DNA of 64,000 nucleotides from Escherichia coli (GTDB taxonomy: Bacteria > Pseudomonadota > Gammaproteobacteria > Enterobacterales > Enterobacteriaceae): assembly GCF_003018255.1 (NCBI RefSeq), contig NZ_CP027440.1; one strand, given 5' to 3'. Positions 34,070-47,127 of the stretch are shown in pieces (positions within the stretch are counted from its first letter, which is position 1; every line of letters starts with the position of its first letter). Both the position numbers and the translations under genes were made by a program. The notes below the pieces were generated by a model. It saw nothing but the letters and a program-made list of their open reading frames with translations. It was not told the origin of the DNA and made no database searches.

Positions 34070-35590
34070 TTAAAGGTGCAAAGACGCAAGACGCAGAATT
34101 TCGTTTTGCGTTGTTGTTTTTGTATCGACAATTCCGGAAACGAGACCATTGCTCATGACCAGAATACGGTCTGTTATCCCTAACAACTCAGGCATTTCAG
34201 AGGAGATAATAATAATCCCTTTGCCTTTCTTCGCCAGTTCGGCAATTAACTGATAGATCTCAAACTTCGCTCCGACATCAATACCGCGCGTCGGTTCATC
34301 GAGCATTAATATTTCTGGTTGCGTTAGTAGCCAGCGACCAATAATCACCTTTTGCTGATTACCGCCGGAGAGCGAACCAATTTGCGTCCGATGCCCCGGT
34401 GTTTTTACCCGCATCGAATCAATCACCCACTGGGTATCGCTTTTCATCCGCGAGTTATCCAGTAAACCAACTTTATTTTTGTAGTTGCGAATATTGGAAA
34501 TTAACGAGTTAAAACCGATATCCAGATAGGCATAAATTCCCGTTGAGCGGCGCTCTTCAGTTACCAGTGCAAATCCGTGGTTTATGGCTTCGTTGGCATT
34601 ATGGTTATTGATCTTTTTGCCGTGCAACGTAATGGTGCCAGCCGATTTCTCGCGAATACCAAATAACGTCTCAACAATATCGGTACGTTTCGCTCCCACC
34701 AGACCGGCTATACCGAGAATCTCCCCTTTATGCAGATCAAACGAGACATCGCGAATCGACGGCTGGCGCAGCGACGTCAGGTTACGCACTTCAAGAATCA
34801 CTTCGCCCGGCTTGTTTTCTTTGTCAGGGAAACGCTGGTTAAGAGAACGCCCAACCATCATGGCGATGATCTTGTCCATCGTCAGTCCTGCCAGCGGTTC
34901 AGTGGCGATCCACTGACCGTCGCGCAATACGGTAACTTCATCACATAACTGGAAGATTTCTTCCATTTTATGTGAGATATAAACAATACCGCAGCCGCGC
35001 TCTTTTAATTTACGAATAATAGTGAACAGATGATTGACCTCTTTTTCGGTTAACGAAGAAGTCGGTTCATCCATAATCACAATTTTCGCGTTATAGGAAA
35101 ACGCTTTGGCGATTTCGATCATCTGCATTTGCGAAACGGATAATGTGCCGACGCGCGCACGCGGATCGATATCAATATCCAGTTCATCAAAAATCGCTTT
35201 GGTTTCGCGGTACATTTTGTCCTGATCGACAAACATGCCTTTGGTGGGATATCGCCCCAGCCACATGTTGTCCATCACCGAACGTTGTAATACCAGGTTT
35301 AACTCCTGGTGTACCATCGAAATACCATTTTCCAGCGCTTCTTTGGCAGAATGGAAATCGATCTCTTTACCCTGGAATAAAATGGTGCCGGAGTCTTTTT
35401 GATAAATACCAAACAGGCATTTTAATAATGTTGATTTTCCTGCGCCGTTTTCCCCCATTAATGCATGGATAGAATGTGGCCGGACTTTTAAATTAACGTT
35501 ATCAAGTGCCTTAACACCTGGAAAAGACTTGTTGATACCGCTCATTTCCAACAAGTATTCCCCGGAAGACGGAGTCGTTGAGCTGACCAT
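34070..35590 (-). CDS. mglA: galactose/methyl-galactoside ABC transporter ATP-binding protein MglA
   Basis: 506-aa ORF with duplicated ABC cassettes (GENGAGKST; LSGGNQQK). Confidence 0.95.
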   Translation of the reverse strand: MVSSTTPSSGEYLLEMSGINKSFPGVKALDNVNLKVRPHSIHALMGENGAGKSTLLKCLFGIYQKDSGTILFQGKEIDFHSAKEALENGISMVHQELNLVLQRSVMDNMWLGRYPTKGMFVDQDKMYRETKAIFDELDIDIDPRARVGTLSVSQMQMIEIAKAFSYNAKIVIMDEPTSSLTEKEVNHLFTIIRKLKERGCGIVYISHKMEEIFQLCDEVTVLRDGQWIATEPLAGLTMDKIIAMMVGRSLNQRFPDKENKPGEVILEVRNLTSLRQPSIRDVSFDLHKGEILGIAGLVGAKRTDIVETLFGIREKSAGTITLHGKKINNHNANEAINHGFALVTEERRSTGIYAYLDIGFNSLISNIRNYKNKVGLLDNSRMKSDTQWVIDSMRVKTPGHRTQIGSLSGGNQQKVIIGRWLLTQPEILMLDEPTRGIDVGAKFEIYQLIAELAKKGKGIIIISSEMPELLGITDRILVMSNGLVSGIVDTKTTTQNEILRLASLHL

Positions 35591-35650
35591 ATAATTTTAC
35601 CTTGTTGGCCATACAATAAGGGCGCAGTAAACGACTGCGCCCAATCAGTC

Positions 35651-36649
35651 TTATTTCTTGCTGAATTCAGCCAGGTTGTCTTTATCTACGCCAACATAAG
35701 GTACGCGGACCACTTTGTTGTCGATTTTCCAGTTGGTGCCATCAGCCGCACCTTTGCCATCGGCCAGGTTTTTCGCCAGATCAAAGGTCGCTTTCGCCTG
35801 GTTGTTAGCATCGTTCAGTACGGTGCCCGCCAGTGCACCGGATTTCACCAGCGCCAGCGCTTCTGGCAGCGCATCGACGCCAAACACCGGAATGCTGGAC
35901 TTGTTGTGTGCTTTCAGTGCTTCTACCGCGCCCATTGCCATCGCATCGTTGTTGGCGATAACCACTTCGATTTTGTTGGCGTTCGGGCCAGACAGCCAGG
36001 CGTCCATCTTATCTTTCGCCTGAGCGGTATCCCACATAGCGGTATCTAACTGTAACTGTTCAGTTTTGATGCCTTTGTCGTTCAATTCTTTAATCACGTA
36101 AGTGGTACGTGCTTCTGCATCCGGATGGCCCGGCTCACCTTTCAGCAGTACGAACTGAATCTGACCGTCTTTGTTCAGATCCCAACCCTGATTCGCCGCC
36201 CAGTGTTTAGCAATCAAATCGCCCTGAATAATGCCGGACTCTTTGGAGTCAGTGCCAACGTAGTAGGCTTTGTCGTAGCTATCCAGCGCCTTACGAGACG
36301 GTTCTTTGTTGAAGAAAACCACCGGCACGTTTTGCCCACGCGCTTTCTCAATCACCGTACCCGCAGCTGCCGGGTCAACCAGGTTGATTGCCAGTGCCTT
36401 CACCCCTTTCGCCAGCAATACGTCGATCTGATCGTTCTGCTTGGACTGGTCATTCTGAGAATCATTCATCAGCAGCTGAACATCTGGCGCGGCTTTCGCA
36501 TCTTGCTCAATAGCCTTGCGCACCACAGACATAAAGTTATCGTCGTACTTATAGATTGTTACACCAATGCGAGTATCAGCAGCGTGTGCAGCGGCACCGA
36601 ATAACATGCTGGCCATCACAGCAGACAGGGTTAACACCTTCTTATTCAT
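35651..36649 (-). CDS. mglB: periplasmic D-galactose/D-glucose-binding protein MglB
   Basis: 332-aa ORF with signal peptide ([12 protein letters not shown]). Confidence 0.95.
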   Translation of the reverse strand: MNKKVLTLSAVMASMLFGAAAHAADTRIGVTIYKYDDNFMSVVRKAIEQDAKAAPDVQLLMNDSQNDQSKQNDQIDVLLAKGVKALAINLVDPAAAGTVIEKARGQNVPVVFFNKEPSRKALDSYDKAYYVGTDSKESGIIQGDLIAKHWAANQGWDLNKDGQIQFVLLKGEPGHPDAEARTTYVIKELNDKGIKTEQLQLDTAMWDTAQAKDKMDAWLSGPNANKIEVVIANNDAMAMGAVEALKAHNKSSIPVFGVDALPEALALVKSGALAGTVLNDANNQAKATFDLAKNLADGKGAADGTNWKIDNKVVRVPYVGVDKDNLAEFSKK

Positions 36650-36900
36650 GGTATCTCCGGTTTTTCTTATGCAGGGTAGTGCTTGAGATAAATGCTCGGC
36701 GGGGCAGTAGAGTTAATGAAGTGTTACTGAACGCCGAAGCTCACTTTTTAAAATTCGTTCTTCCATGCCCGGTAACGCTCCAGAAAACGGCTTTAATTGT
36801 TGTTATGACGCTATTACCTCGGTGAAAGTGATTATTCACTGTTACATACGGGTTACAACGTTAAAACGGTGCAATCATAGCTATCACATTGTTAAGATAC

Positions 36901-36916
36901 TGTGAAATCACTCACA
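36901..36916. promoter_or_regulatory. consensus CRP box upstream of mglB
   Basis: TGTGA-AATCAC-TCACA, perfect TGTGA-N6-TCACA, about 250 bp upstream of mglB ATG. Confidence 0.5.
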
Positions 36917-36918
36917 GA

Positions 36919-36934
36919 TTGAAAGCGGTTACAT
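36919..36934. promoter_or_regulatory. GalR/GalS-type operator-like sequence adjacent to CRP box, overlapping galS stop codon
   Basis: TTGAAAGCGGTTACAT matches the gal operator pattern (GTGnAAnCGnTTnCAC) at about 13 of 16 positions. Confidence 0.4.
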
Positions 36935-37969
36935 CGCCAGATTTGTTGAGTTAGTGATCGCCGCCGCATTCTGGCGCGTTGCGACAGAATGGCGACGCAC
37001 TAACGTCGGCATAAAACAGTGGCTGGCACGCGGATCAATATTGCCTGCTGCCCCCTGCAAGGCCAGTTCGGTGGCTAATTTAGCCATTGAAGCAATGGGA
37101 TAACGCACAGTCGTTAATTGCGGGTCGGTGTAACGGGCGATGGGAATATCATCGAAACCGATGATGGAGAGATGTAACGGAATCGCAATGCCATTATCTT
37201 TTAATGCTGTCAGTGCGCCAGCGGCCATATTGTCGTTATAAGCAAATACAGCGGTAAGTTGTAGATTGCGCCCCAGCAGTTCAACCATCGCCGCCTCACC
37301 GCCCGGCATGTCCGGCGTACCTGTGCCAATCCAGCTTTCCGGCGGAATAATATCCTGCTCTTTCAACGCACTCATCCAGCCTGCTTTACGCATGGCGTCA
37401 TCTTCAATGCCGTGACTGGAAGAAAGATAACCAATACGTTGATGACCGTTATTCAGCAACATGCGCGTCGCCATTCGGGCACCGCTGAGATTATCCAGGC
37501 AAACGCAACGATGGGCGTACCCCGGCACAACGCGGTTGATTAACACCATACCAGGAATGTTATCCATAAATTGTGCCAGTTCATCATCACTCAATGCTTT
37601 TGAGTGAACAATCAACGCATTACACCGCTGGCGAATTAACACCTCAATGGCGTGACGCTCTTTTTCCGCTTCATGATAGCTATTGCCTATTAGCACGTAT
37701 TTCTGATGCTGCTGGGCGACCAAATCCACCGCTTTTACCAGCGCACCAAAAAACGCATCAGAAACGTCCATCACCACCACGCCAATGGTATCGCTAACCT
37801 GAGTTGCCAGCGCCTGGGCATTGGCGTTTGGCCGATAATCCAGCTCACTCACGGCTTTCATTACTGCTTCACGCGTGTCGGCACTGACCAGCGTGCTGTT
37901 ATTGAGCACCCGGGAAACCGTTGCCACAGAGACGCCAGCCTGACGCGCTACATCACGAATGGTGATCAT
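36929..37969 (-). CDS. galS: LacI-family repressor GalS
   Basis: 346-aa ORF from ATG 37969 ([27 protein letters not shown]); track GTG 37975 rejected. Confidence 0.92.
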   Translation of the reverse strand: MITIRDVARQAGVSVATVSRVLNNSTLVSADTREAVMKAVSELDYRPNANAQALATQVSDTIGVVVMDVSDAFFGALVKAVDLVAQQHQKYVLIGNSYHEAEKERHAIEVLIRQRCNALIVHSKALSDDELAQFMDNIPGMVLINRVVPGYAHRCVCLDNLSGARMATRMLLNNGHQRIGYLSSSHGIEDDAMRKAGWMSALKEQDIIPPESWIGTGTPDMPGGEAAMVELLGRNLQLTAVFAYNDNMAAGALTALKDNGIAIPLHLSIIGFDDIPIARYTDPQLTTVRYPIASMAKLATELALQGAAGNIDPRASHCFMPTLVRRHSVATRQNAAAITNSTNLAM

Positions 37970-38045
37970 ATTCACTACCTGTTATGAGATTGCAGTAAAT
38001 GACTGCTTGCTGGCGGCTATTTTGTCAGCACTGAATACAGGACTT

Positions 38046-38061
38046 CGTGAATCGAGTCACA
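38046..38061 (-). promoter_or_regulatory. CRP-like site in galS promoter
   Basis: minus strand reads TGTGA-CTCGAT-TCACG. Confidence 0.45.
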
Positions 38062-38064
38062 GCA

Positions 38065-38080
38065 ATGGAAACGGTTACAG
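38065..38080 (-). promoter_or_regulatory. GalR/GalS operator-like site in galS promoter
   Basis: minus strand reads CTGTAACCGTTTCCAT, about 12 of 16 matches to GTGTAAACGATTCCAC. Confidence 0.5.
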
Positions 38081-38110
38081 CCGTTTTGTTAACGAATGTG
38101 ATCCAGATCG

Positions 38111-39268
38111 TTATCTTGATGTTTTAGATCTTGCCGGCCCAGCTGCACGCAAAGTTAACTGACGCCAGAGCCATTCCACCGGCCCCTGGCGGAAGTAACG
38201 CAGCCAGATAACAGAGAAGAGGATATTCGCCAGCCATACCGGAATAACAAACGCCAGCAGCTCCAGGCGGTCAAAATGCATAAACAAACCGAGGTGGTAA
38301 AAAAGCGTGGTACAAATCAGCGTTTGCAATAGATAGTTGGTCAGCGCCATCCGTCCGACGCAGGCGATCGCAAGCACCAGCTTAAAGCGGCTCAATTGCG
38401 GCCAGAAGCCATAAAACAGCGACGCATAGCCAATCGCCTGAAACGGCGCACTCAGTTCCCGCGGCATCTGAAGTAAAAAGGCACACCAGCGATACGCCCA
38501 GTCCAGCTGCCATTGCAGGGCGATGGCAGGAAGGTTAATGGTCACCCCAATCGCCACCAGCACAAAACCAGTACGACGATAGTGACGTAAGCTGAACTGC
38601 CCTTTCAGCCAGCCGCTGCGCATCAGCGCCGCACCAATGAGCATCATCCCTGCCAGTTGCCAGCCATACTGTGCGCCCAGTGCCAGTAAACTGTTGCCAA
38701 CACCATCGGCACGATTACTGATCGCTTCAACACCACCGTGAAGTTTCCAGTACTTTTCATACAAAATAGCCGATGCATCAGGTGTCCAGGCGCGGCTGGT
38801 CTGGCTATCGGAAATCAACCCCAATAACAGCAAAACGCCAAGCCCCACCAGATAAAGCATGACGCCGGTATTAAACAGGCTTTTTACCGATGGCGCATCG
38901 CGCACCAGCCGCCAGCAGATTAAGCCCACCAGCCCGTAAGCCAGCAGAATATCGCCGTCCCAGAACAATAAACCGTGAATAAAGCCCAGCAAGACTAACA
39001 GCGTTAACCGCGACTGGATCCAGCGTCTGCCACGGGGCAGCAACATTTGCAGGCCAGCACCAAACAGCAGCGCAAAAAGCGTGAGGAATTTCACCTGGCC
39101 GATGAGATCGAGAAATGCCCAGGTCCATGCATCCTGCGGCGTAATAGCGCCGTACCAGGCGGGATTAAGATAAGCCGCCTTTGGTAGCCCAAAGGCGCTG
39201 ATGTTTAATAGCAGGATCCCCAGAATGGCGACGCCGCGAACAAAATCGAGCGTGACGTTGCGCCCCAT
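38111..39268 (-). CDS. yeiB: DUF418 inner membrane protein YeiB
   Basis: 385-aa polytopic ORF downstream of folE. Confidence 0.85.
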   Translation of the reverse strand: MGRNVTLDFVRGVAILGILLLNISAFGLPKAAYLNPAWYGAITPQDAWTWAFLDLIGQVKFLTLFALLFGAGLQMLLPRGRRWIQSRLTLLVLLGFIHGLLFWDGDILLAYGLVGLICWRLVRDAPSVKSLFNTGVMLYLVGLGVLLLLGLISDSQTSRAWTPDASAILYEKYWKLHGGVEAISNRADGVGNSLLALGAQYGWQLAGMMLIGAALMRSGWLKGQFSLRHYRRTGFVLVAIGVTINLPAIALQWQLDWAYRWCAFLLQMPRELSAPFQAIGYASLFYGFWPQLSRFKLVLAIACVGRMALTNYLLQTLICTTLFYHLGLFMHFDRLELLAFVIPVWLANILFSVIWLRYFRQGPVEWLWRQLTLRAAGPARSKTSR

Positions 39269-39284
39269 GGTTCCTGCCTTTTAA

Positions 39285-39953
39285 TCAGTTGTGATGACGC
39301 ACAGCGCGCAGAAATTCGTGGCGCGTATTCTGACTGGATTTGAACAATCCACCAAGAGAGGTCGTTGTTGTGGCACTGGTTGCGTCGCGGATGCCACGCG
39401 CTTTCACGCAGTAATGCACCGCGTCGATAGAGACAGCCACGTTATTGGTGCCCAGCAGCGTTTGTAGCGCAATGAGAATTTGCTGGGTCAGACGTTCCTG
39501 TACCTGTGGGCGCTGGGCAAAGAACTGCACGATGCGGTTAATTTTTGACAGACCGATCACCGAATCTTTCGGGATATAAGCCACCGTCGCTTTGCCATCG
39601 ATGGTAACAAAATGGTGTTCACAGGTGCTGGTCAGGGTGATATCGCGCACGGTGACCATTTCATCGACCTTCATTTTGTTTTCAATGAGGGTGATTTTCG
39701 GGAAATTGGCGTAATCCAGACCGGAGAAAATTTCATCGACATACATTTTAGCGATGCGATGCGGCGTTTCCATCAAACTGTCATCAGCCAGGTCGAGATT
39801 CAGCAGCTGCATGATTTCGGTCATATGACCAGCAATAAGGCTTTTGCGCGTTTCGTTATCCATTTCATGCACGGGCGGGCGCAGCGGTGTTTCCAGTCCT
39901 CGCGCAACTAACGCTTCATGAACCAGGGCCGCTTCTTTACTGAGTGATGGCAT
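39285..39953 (-). CDS. folE: GTP cyclohydrolase I
   Basis: 222-aa ORF with conserved FolE motifs (CEHH, HRQ region). Confidence 0.95.
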
Positions 39954-40177
39954 TTATGATTTCTCCTGCAGGTGTGACGCCTCCGCCCTGCGTGGGGGCA
40001 AAGTTATTAAGCTGATTTACAGCCTGATTATTGTGCGTGAGGCGGCGCACATAATCCAGTATTCACAGCGATAATTATTGTAATTGCCGCTGCCTTTCAT
40101 CAGCAGATGTTAAAACATCGTTATGCAAATACGGAAGTGAAAGTTACTCACAGCACATTGAATAAACGGTATGATGA

Positions 40178-41047
<870 letters not shown>

Positions 41048-41053
41048 AAGTCC

Positions 41054-41069
41054 GCCCGGTTCGCCGGGC
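41054..41069. terminator. short GC hairpin between convergent yeiG and cirA (candidate bidirectional terminator)
   Basis: GCCCGG-ttcg-CCGGGC. Confidence 0.4.
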
Positions 41070-41078
41070 ATCTTCTCA

Positions 41079-43058
41079 TCAGAAGCGATAATCCACTGCC
41101 ATAAAGTAACGACGTCCGTCTTCGTTATAGCTGTAGTCGTCACGACTGAGATCCTTGTCGCCAAGGTTCAGCACGCCTGCGCGCAGTTTGACGTCTTTAG
41201 TCACCTGCCAGGCCGCACCGGTATTCCAGATGGTATAACCGCCCGGTGTTTTAGCCGTCGCGCTGTCGGCGCGTTTCTGCCCGGTATAGTGTCCGGAAAC
41301 ATAGAATGACCAGTCTTCCAGCGCCAGCGGTTTCCAGTCCAGCGTACCGTTAGCGGTATGGAACGGCAGATCGGATAAAGGTTTATTTTCGCCGTTGCTG
41401 ACATCACGACCATCGTTGTAGGTGTAGTTGAGTGACAGTTTCCATTCATCGTTGAACGGAATTTTCAGCTCGGTTTCCACGCCCTGAATACGTGCTTTGT
41501 TAACGTTGTAGTAGCTAAATACCGGCACACCGTTCGCTGTAAAACCAACAAAGTTTTGGTAGCCTGGTGCAGCATTGACGTCAGACGTACGGCTGATGCT
41601 GATACGATCTTTCACATCGTTACGGAAAACGGTAACGCTGGATTCAACCCCTTCCAGCCAGCCTTCTTCGCCCATGTAGTAAAGCCCCAGCTCCCAACTT
41701 TCGCTGGTTTCTGGTTTCAGATCCGGGCTACCCACAATCTTACATGCGCCACGGCAGGAATTGCTCGTCCAGTCAGGGCTAAGTTGCAACAGAGAAGGTG
41801 CTTTAAATGCCGTCGCCCAGCCCCCTTTCACCGTTACGGTGTCGGTGGCGTTATAAACCAGGTAGGCACGCGGACTCCAGTGTTCACCGTAGGTTTCATG
41901 ATCGTCCATACGTACGCCGGTCGTCAGCGCCAGCGGCTCGAAGATCCGCCATTCATCTTCAACAAATAGCGCGTACTGGCTGGCAGATGTTTTGGAGCTG
42001 GTTCCCCCAGTCAGGTTCACCGCATCGCTAAGTTTGTCGTGACGCCATTCACCGCCAACCGTGAGAAACTGATTAATCGCCGTCAGCGGCAACGTGTATT
42101 TGCCGTCGACCGTATTGCTTTCGGAAGTTATCGGGCTGCTGTTGCCAGGGTTTTTGTTCTCGACTTTCTCACCGTAGTATTTCAGTTCGCTGGTGCCGTA
42201 ATCCCAACGCCCATTATGGCTGACGGAGTAGTTCTGGCGTTCCAGGCGGTTTTTGTCCAGCGAGTCGGAATCACGATCCTGACGGTCGAAACCGTATCCG
42301 GCAGTAAAATCGTGATTTTGATTCGGTGTCCAGGCAAATTCGACATTGCCGTCGCGGCTGGAGAATCCTTCAATACGCGGCGTTTCTCCGGTATCGGTGG
42401 TCGTTGAGTTTTGCGGGTCATCCTTTTCACGTTTTGCCAGGCTGCCGTAAGCTTTCATTCCCAGCACGCCGTCAATTAATGGTCCGCTGGTAAAGAATTG
42501 ACCGTTATAGGTATCACCGCGATCGCGATGTTCCTGAACGGTGGTATCGACGGTAACGGTGCCCGACCATTTCTGACCGATTTTTTTGGTGATGATATTC
42601 ACTACACCGCCGAGCGCATCGGAACCGTACAGCGACGACATCGGGCCACGGACCACTTCAATACGTTCGATGGAATCGACCGGGATCCAGTTCAGATCGA
42701 AATCATTGTGGCGGAAGACGGCATTGCGGGAGTTAACGCGTTTACCGTCGACGAGAATCAGGGTGTAGCTGCTGTCCAGACCACGAATACTAACGCCCTT
42801 ACGGTTATCCCCTTCGTTCGTCAGTTGTACGCCAGGCACTTCTTTGAGGACATCCTTCAGATTCTGTACCGGTTTTCGCTGCAGGTCTTCCTGGGTAATG
42901 ACGCTGATACTGGCAGGTGCATCTTTAAGGTTTTGCTCAACGGAAGATGCAGTGACAACCATCGTTTCGCCATCATCATCGACCGCTAACACAGGCCATG
43001 CACAAGAAATAGCGGACAAACACAGCCCGACCCGTACGAAAGGGTTCAACCTAAACAT
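41079..43058 (-). CDS. cirA: TonB-dependent catecholate siderophore receptor / colicin I receptor CirA
   Basis: 659-aa ORF with signal peptide, TonB box (ETMVVTA), plug and 22-strand barrel, C-terminal aromatic residue. Confidence 0.95.
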   Translation of the reverse strand: MFRLNPFVRVGLCLSAISCAWPVLAVDDDGETMVVTASSVEQNLKDAPASISVITQEDLQRKPVQNLKDVLKEVPGVQLTNEGDNRKGVSIRGLDSSYTLILVDGKRVNSRNAVFRHNDFDLNWIPVDSIERIEVVRGPMSSLYGSDALGGVVNIITKKIGQKWSGTVTVDTTVQEHRDRGDTYNGQFFTSGPLIDGVLGMKAYGSLAKREKDDPQNSTTTDTGETPRIEGFSSRDGNVEFAWTPNQNHDFTAGYGFDRQDRDSDSLDKNRLERQNYSVSHNGRWDYGTSELKYYGEKVENKNPGNSSPITSESNTVDGKYTLPLTAINQFLTVGGEWRHDKLSDAVNLTGGTSSKTSASQYALFVEDEWRIFEPLALTTGVRMDDHETYGEHWSPRAYLVYNATDTVTVKGGWATAFKAPSLLQLSPDWTSNSCRGACKIVGSPDLKPETSESWELGLYYMGEEGWLEGVESSVTVFRNDVKDRISISRTSDVNAAPGYQNFVGFTANGVPVFSYYNVNKARIQGVETELKIPFNDEWKLSLNYTYNDGRDVSNGENKPLSDLPFHTANGTLDWKPLALEDWSFYVSGHYTGQKRADSATAKTPGGYTIWNTGAAWQVTKDVKLRAGVLNLGDKDLSRDDYSYNEDGRRYFMAVDYRF

Positions 43059-43227
43059 TCCATATCTCCATGAGGTAACTACGAAAATAAAATGGGTTAT
43101 CGCTCACATCTTCTTCACGTCCCCTTGCGTACGGCAGCATCGCGGTGGACTTATTTGTATGCAGGTGATCATCCCAGAAAGCCGGAACAGCCTCTGATTT
43201 GTCAGCCTTTTTTGATTGCGGCGTAAC

Positions 43228-43252
43228 GATAATGCAAACGATAACAATTATC
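43228..43252 (-). promoter_or_regulatory. Fur box in cirA promoter
   Basis: GATAATGCAAACGATAACAATTATC (minus strand GATAATTGTTATCGTTTGCATTATC) resembles GATAATGATAATCATTATC; about 170-195 bp upstream of cirA ATG. Confidence 0.6.
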
Positions 43253-43303
43253 AATCCAAATGTTAAATTTTATATCCGCATGATTTGTCAGGGAAATGGA
43301 ATT

Positions 43304-43329
43304 GAAAAAGCCCTCTCGGTTGAGAGGGC
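43304..43329 (-). terminator. rho-independent terminator downstream of lysP
   Basis: minus-strand hairpin GCCCTCTC-aacc-GAGAGGGC followed by U5 run, about 20 nt after lysP stop. Confidence 0.7.
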
Positions 43330-43350
43330 TTAGCAAGGAAGCGAGGAAAC

Positions 43351-44820
43351 TTATTTCTTATCGTTCTGCGGGAACTTCATTTCGCTGTAGCGTACGAAGT
43401 GAGTTCCTTTAATCAGCTTGTAGCCGAACCAAATAATCAGGAACAGCGGGATACCAATATACGTTGCCGCTACGCCGCCCCAGTCAATGGTATCTTTCAG
43501 GAACGCTTCGTAGTTCTGGCCCAAAGTGATAATCAGACACAGAATGAATGCGAAGATCGGCCCCAGTGGGAAGAAACCTGAACGGTACGGCAGATCGTTA
43601 ATGTCGTGTCCCTGCAATACGTAACCGCGACGGAAGCGATAGTGGCTAATGGCAATCCCCAGCCAGGCGATAAAACCCGTCATCCCGGAGGTGTTCAGCA
43701 GCCACAGGTATACCGTCTGGTTGCCAAACATGGAGGTCAGGAAGCACAAACCGGCAATCACCGTCGTCGCATACAGCGCATTACGCGGCACGCCACCACG
43801 CGACAGTTTAGCGAAAATGCGCGGCGCTTTACCGTCACACGCCAGGGTATACAGCATACGAGTAGACGCATACATACCGGAGTTACCTGCTGACAGCACC
43901 GCCGTCAGAATAACTGCGTTCATCACCGCCGCCGCAGAGAGCAGACCCGCGTGCTGGAACACCAGGGTGAACGGACTGACGCTGATGTCTTTAACATCGT
44001 TACGCAGCAGGCTCGGATCGGTATACGGAATAATCAGGCTGATAATCAGGATCGCGAACACATAGAACAACAGGATTCGCCAGAATACCTGACGTACCGC
44101 GCGTGGAATGTTTTTCGCCGGATCTTCGGACTCGCCTGCAGCAATACCGATCAGCTCGGTTCCCTGGAAAGAGAAGCCGACAATCATAGCTACGCCGATC
44201 ATCGCCGCAAAACCACCAGCAAACGGCGCTTCGCCGATTGTCCAGTTGCTCCAGCCCGCAGGCTGCGCGCCTTTGAAGATACCGATAATCATCAGCACGC
44301 CAACGATGATAAAGACAATAACTGTCGTGACTTTGATCAGTGAGAACCAGTATTCCGCTTCACCAAAGCCACGAACTGAGATGTAGTTCAGCAGGAAGAT
44401 AACGCCGAGGAACAGCGCACTCCAGATCCAGCCCGGTGTATCCGGGAACCACCAGCTCATGACCAGCTGAGCTGCAACCAGGTCAACGGCGATAGTCACC
44501 GCCCAGTTGTACCAGTAGTTCCAGCCCAGCGCGAAGCCAAAGCCTTCTTCAACATAGTTCTGACCGTAAGTGGCAAACGAACCGGAAACCGGCATATATG
44601 CAGCCAGTTCACCGAGACTGGTCATCAGGAAGTAAACCATCAGGCCAATCAACATATACGAGAGCAATGCCCCGCCCGGACCTGCCTGAGAAATCGTTGC
44701 GCCAGAGGCAACAAAAAGACCTGTACCGATGGAACCGCCAATGGCAATCATCGTCAGGTGACGCGCCTTTAATTCACGGCGTAAGCCCGGCGCTTCTGTG
44801 GTTTTAGTTTCGGAAACCAT
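43351..44820 (-). CDS. lysP: lysine-specific permease LysP (APC family)
   Basis: 489-aa ORF with 12 TM segments, amino acid permease signature. Confidence 0.95.
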   Translation of the reverse strand: MVSETKTTEAPGLRRELKARHLTMIAIGGSIGTGLFVASGATISQAGPGGALLSYMLIGLMVYFLMTSLGELAAYMPVSGSFATYGQNYVEEGFGFALGWNYWYNWAVTIAVDLVAAQLVMSWWFPDTPGWIWSALFLGVIFLLNYISVRGFGEAEYWFSLIKVTTVIVFIIVGVLMIIGIFKGAQPAGWSNWTIGEAPFAGGFAAMIGVAMIVGFSFQGTELIGIAAGESEDPAKNIPRAVRQVFWRILLFYVFAILIISLIIPYTDPSLLRNDVKDISVSPFTLVFQHAGLLSAAAVMNAVILTAVLSAGNSGMYASTRMLYTLACDGKAPRIFAKLSRGGVPRNALYATTVIAGLCFLTSMFGNQTVYLWLLNTSGMTGFIAWLGIAISHYRFRRGYVLQGHDINDLPYRSGFFPLGPIFAFILCLIITLGQNYEAFLKDTIDWGGVAATYIGIPLFLIIWFGYKLIKGTHFVRYSEMKFPQNDKK

Positions 44821-45024
44821 ACAAAAATGCTATCCATCTTAAAAATGAGGCGCGATTGTAGCAGACGATTGGCAATCCTTCCGGCAGAAATACACGGTTA
44901 TAAGACACCTTCATGATCGCCCAGGGATTATAAGTAAAGCAGCCAATCTCTTTTCTGGCGAATGCATGCTGAGGGCGCTGCGTCACGAAATCGACACAGC
45001 ACCAGCATGTTCTTGTACAGCAAC

Positions 45025-45906
45025 TTAACGCGGTACATTCGCGGGATCGCAATAGTCCAGAAAGCGCCGTAGCGCGTTGGAAAGGTGTTTTTGCCGATGA
45101 TGTATACGCCACAACGTACGCATCAGGCGCGGCAGAGGGACCGCAACTTCACTTAATGTGCCTGCCTGCAATTGATCTTCAATCACCCGTCGCGACAGGC
45201 AACTAATTCCCAACCCATGACGCACCGCATGTTTGATTGCCTCGGAGTTACCTAATTCCATCGCCATCTCAAACTTCGGTAAATGTGACAGCAACAGATA
45301 ATCGACAATCTCCCGCGTGCCGGAGCCGCGTTCACGCAGGATCCACGGCGCAGCGGCCAGCTGTTCTAAGGTGACCGGACCACGAGCCAATGGCGAAGTC
45401 GGCGCGGCGAAAACCACCAGCTCGTCTTCCAGCCACGGTTCAGAAATGATTTCAGTGCTGTGGCACGGTCCTTCAATAAAGCCAATATCAACGCGGAAAT
45501 CCAGCACCGCTTGCATCACGTCCTGGCTGTTCCCAACGCTAAGTTCAATCGGCAACTGCGGATAATCATGGCGATAACGGGCAATGACTGCAGGCAGAAT
45601 GTAGTTACCGATAGTACTACTGGCATAGATACGAATCGCGCCGTTGTCTTCGCGAAACAGTTGTTCGATTTCAACCGCCTGTTCAAGCAGTGCCAACGCG
45701 CGCGGATAGAGCAGCCGCCCGTGTTCATTAACAACCAGTCTTTTCCCCACGCGATCAAACAGTTGCACGCCAAGCTGCCCTTCCAGGTCGGTCAAGGCTG
45801 CGCTCACTGCTGATTGCGACAACGCCAGCATCACCGACGCCTGGGTGGTTGATCCACTTTTCAATACTTCTGCAAAAACTTCCAACTGCCGGAGGGTGAT
45901 GTGCAT
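45025..45906 (-). CDS. yeiE: LysR-type transcriptional regulator YeiE
   Basis: 293-aa ORF with N-terminal LysR HTH; divergent from yeiH. Confidence 0.9.
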
Positions 45907-46004
45907 AGTCGCTTACCACTTATAAAGATTAATTATAAATATATAATCAATTTTATTTTTAAACCAGTTAGTCGTAACCTTATGCCCGGTTAAAGGAGAG
46001 GGTT

Positions 46005-47054
46005 ATGACGAATATCACCTTACAGAAACAACATCGTACACTGTGGCATTTTATTCCGGGGTTAGCCCTGAGTGCAGTTATCACCGGGGTCGCCCTGTGG
46101 GGTGGTTCCATTCCCGCGGTTGCGGGTGCCGGGTTTAGTGCCCTCACCCTCGCAATCTTGTTGGGGATGGTTTTAGGCAACACCATTTACCCGCACATCT
46201 GGAAAAGCTGTGACGGTGGTGTGCTGTTTGCCAAGCAATATTTATTACGTCTGGGTATCATTCTTTATGGCTTCCGTCTGACGTTCTCGCAAATTGCCGA
46301 TGTCGGTATCAGTGGGATCATCATTGACGTGTTGACGCTGTCCAGTACCTTCCTGCTGGCTTGCTTCCTGGGGCAGAAAGTGTTTGGTCTGGATAAGCAC
46401 ACCAGCTGGTTGATCGGTGCCGGTAGCAGTATCTGTGGTGCTGCCGCGGTACTGGCGACTGAGCCGGTAGTAAAAGCAGAAGCCAGTAAAGTAACCGTGG
46501 CTGTTGCAACCGTTGTTATCTTCGGGACCGTGGCGATTTTCCTCTACCCGGCGATATATCCGCTGATGTCTCAATGGTTTAGTCCGGAAACTTTCGGTAT
46601 CTACATTGGTTCTACTGTGCACGAAGTGGCGCAGGTGGTGGCGGCAGGTCATGCCATCAGCCCGGATGCAGAAAACGCAGCAGTTATTTCCAAAATGCTG
46701 CGCGTGATGATGCTGGCTCCGTTCCTCATCCTGCTGGCGGCGCGTGTTAAACAGCTGTCTGGGGCGAACAGCGGCGAGAAAAGCAAAATCACTATTCCGT
46801 GGTTTGCCATCTTGTTCATCGTCGTTGCCATCTTTAACTCGTTCCACCTGTTACCGCAGAGCGTGGTGAACATGCTGGTAACGCTGGATACCTTCCTGCT
46901 GGCAATGGCGATGGCGGCGCTGGGTCTGACCACTCACGTCAGCGCGCTGAAAAAAGCCGGGGCGAAACCTCTGCTGATGGCACTGGTACTGTTTGCCTGG
47001 CTGATTGTTGGTGGTGGTGCGATTAACTATGTGATTCAAAGCGTCATCGCATAA
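46005..47054 (+). CDS. yeiH: UPF0324 inner membrane protein YeiH
   Basis: 349-aa polytopic ORF with AAAGGAGAGGG RBS. Confidence 0.85.
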   Translation: MTNITLQKQHRTLWHFIPGLALSAVITGVALWGGSIPAVAGAGFSALTLAILLGMVLGNTIYPHIWKSCDGGVLFAKQYLLRLGIILYGFRLTFSQIADVGISGIIIDVLTLSSTFLLACFLGQKVFGLDKHTSWLIGAGSSICGAAAVLATEPVVKAEASKVTVAVATVVIFGTVAIFLYPAIYPLMSQWFSPETFGIYIGSTVHEVAQVVAAGHAISPDAENAAVISKMLRVMMLAPFLILLAARVKQLSGANSGEKSKITIPWFAILFIVVAIFNSFHLLPQSVVNMLVTLDTFLLAMAMAALGLTTHVSALKKAGAKPLLMALVLFAWLIVGGGAINYVIQSVIA

Positions 47055-47127
47055 ACCACTACATCTTGCTCCTGTTAACCCGCTATCATTACCGTTTTCC
47101 TCCAGCGGGTTTAACAGGAGTCCTCGC

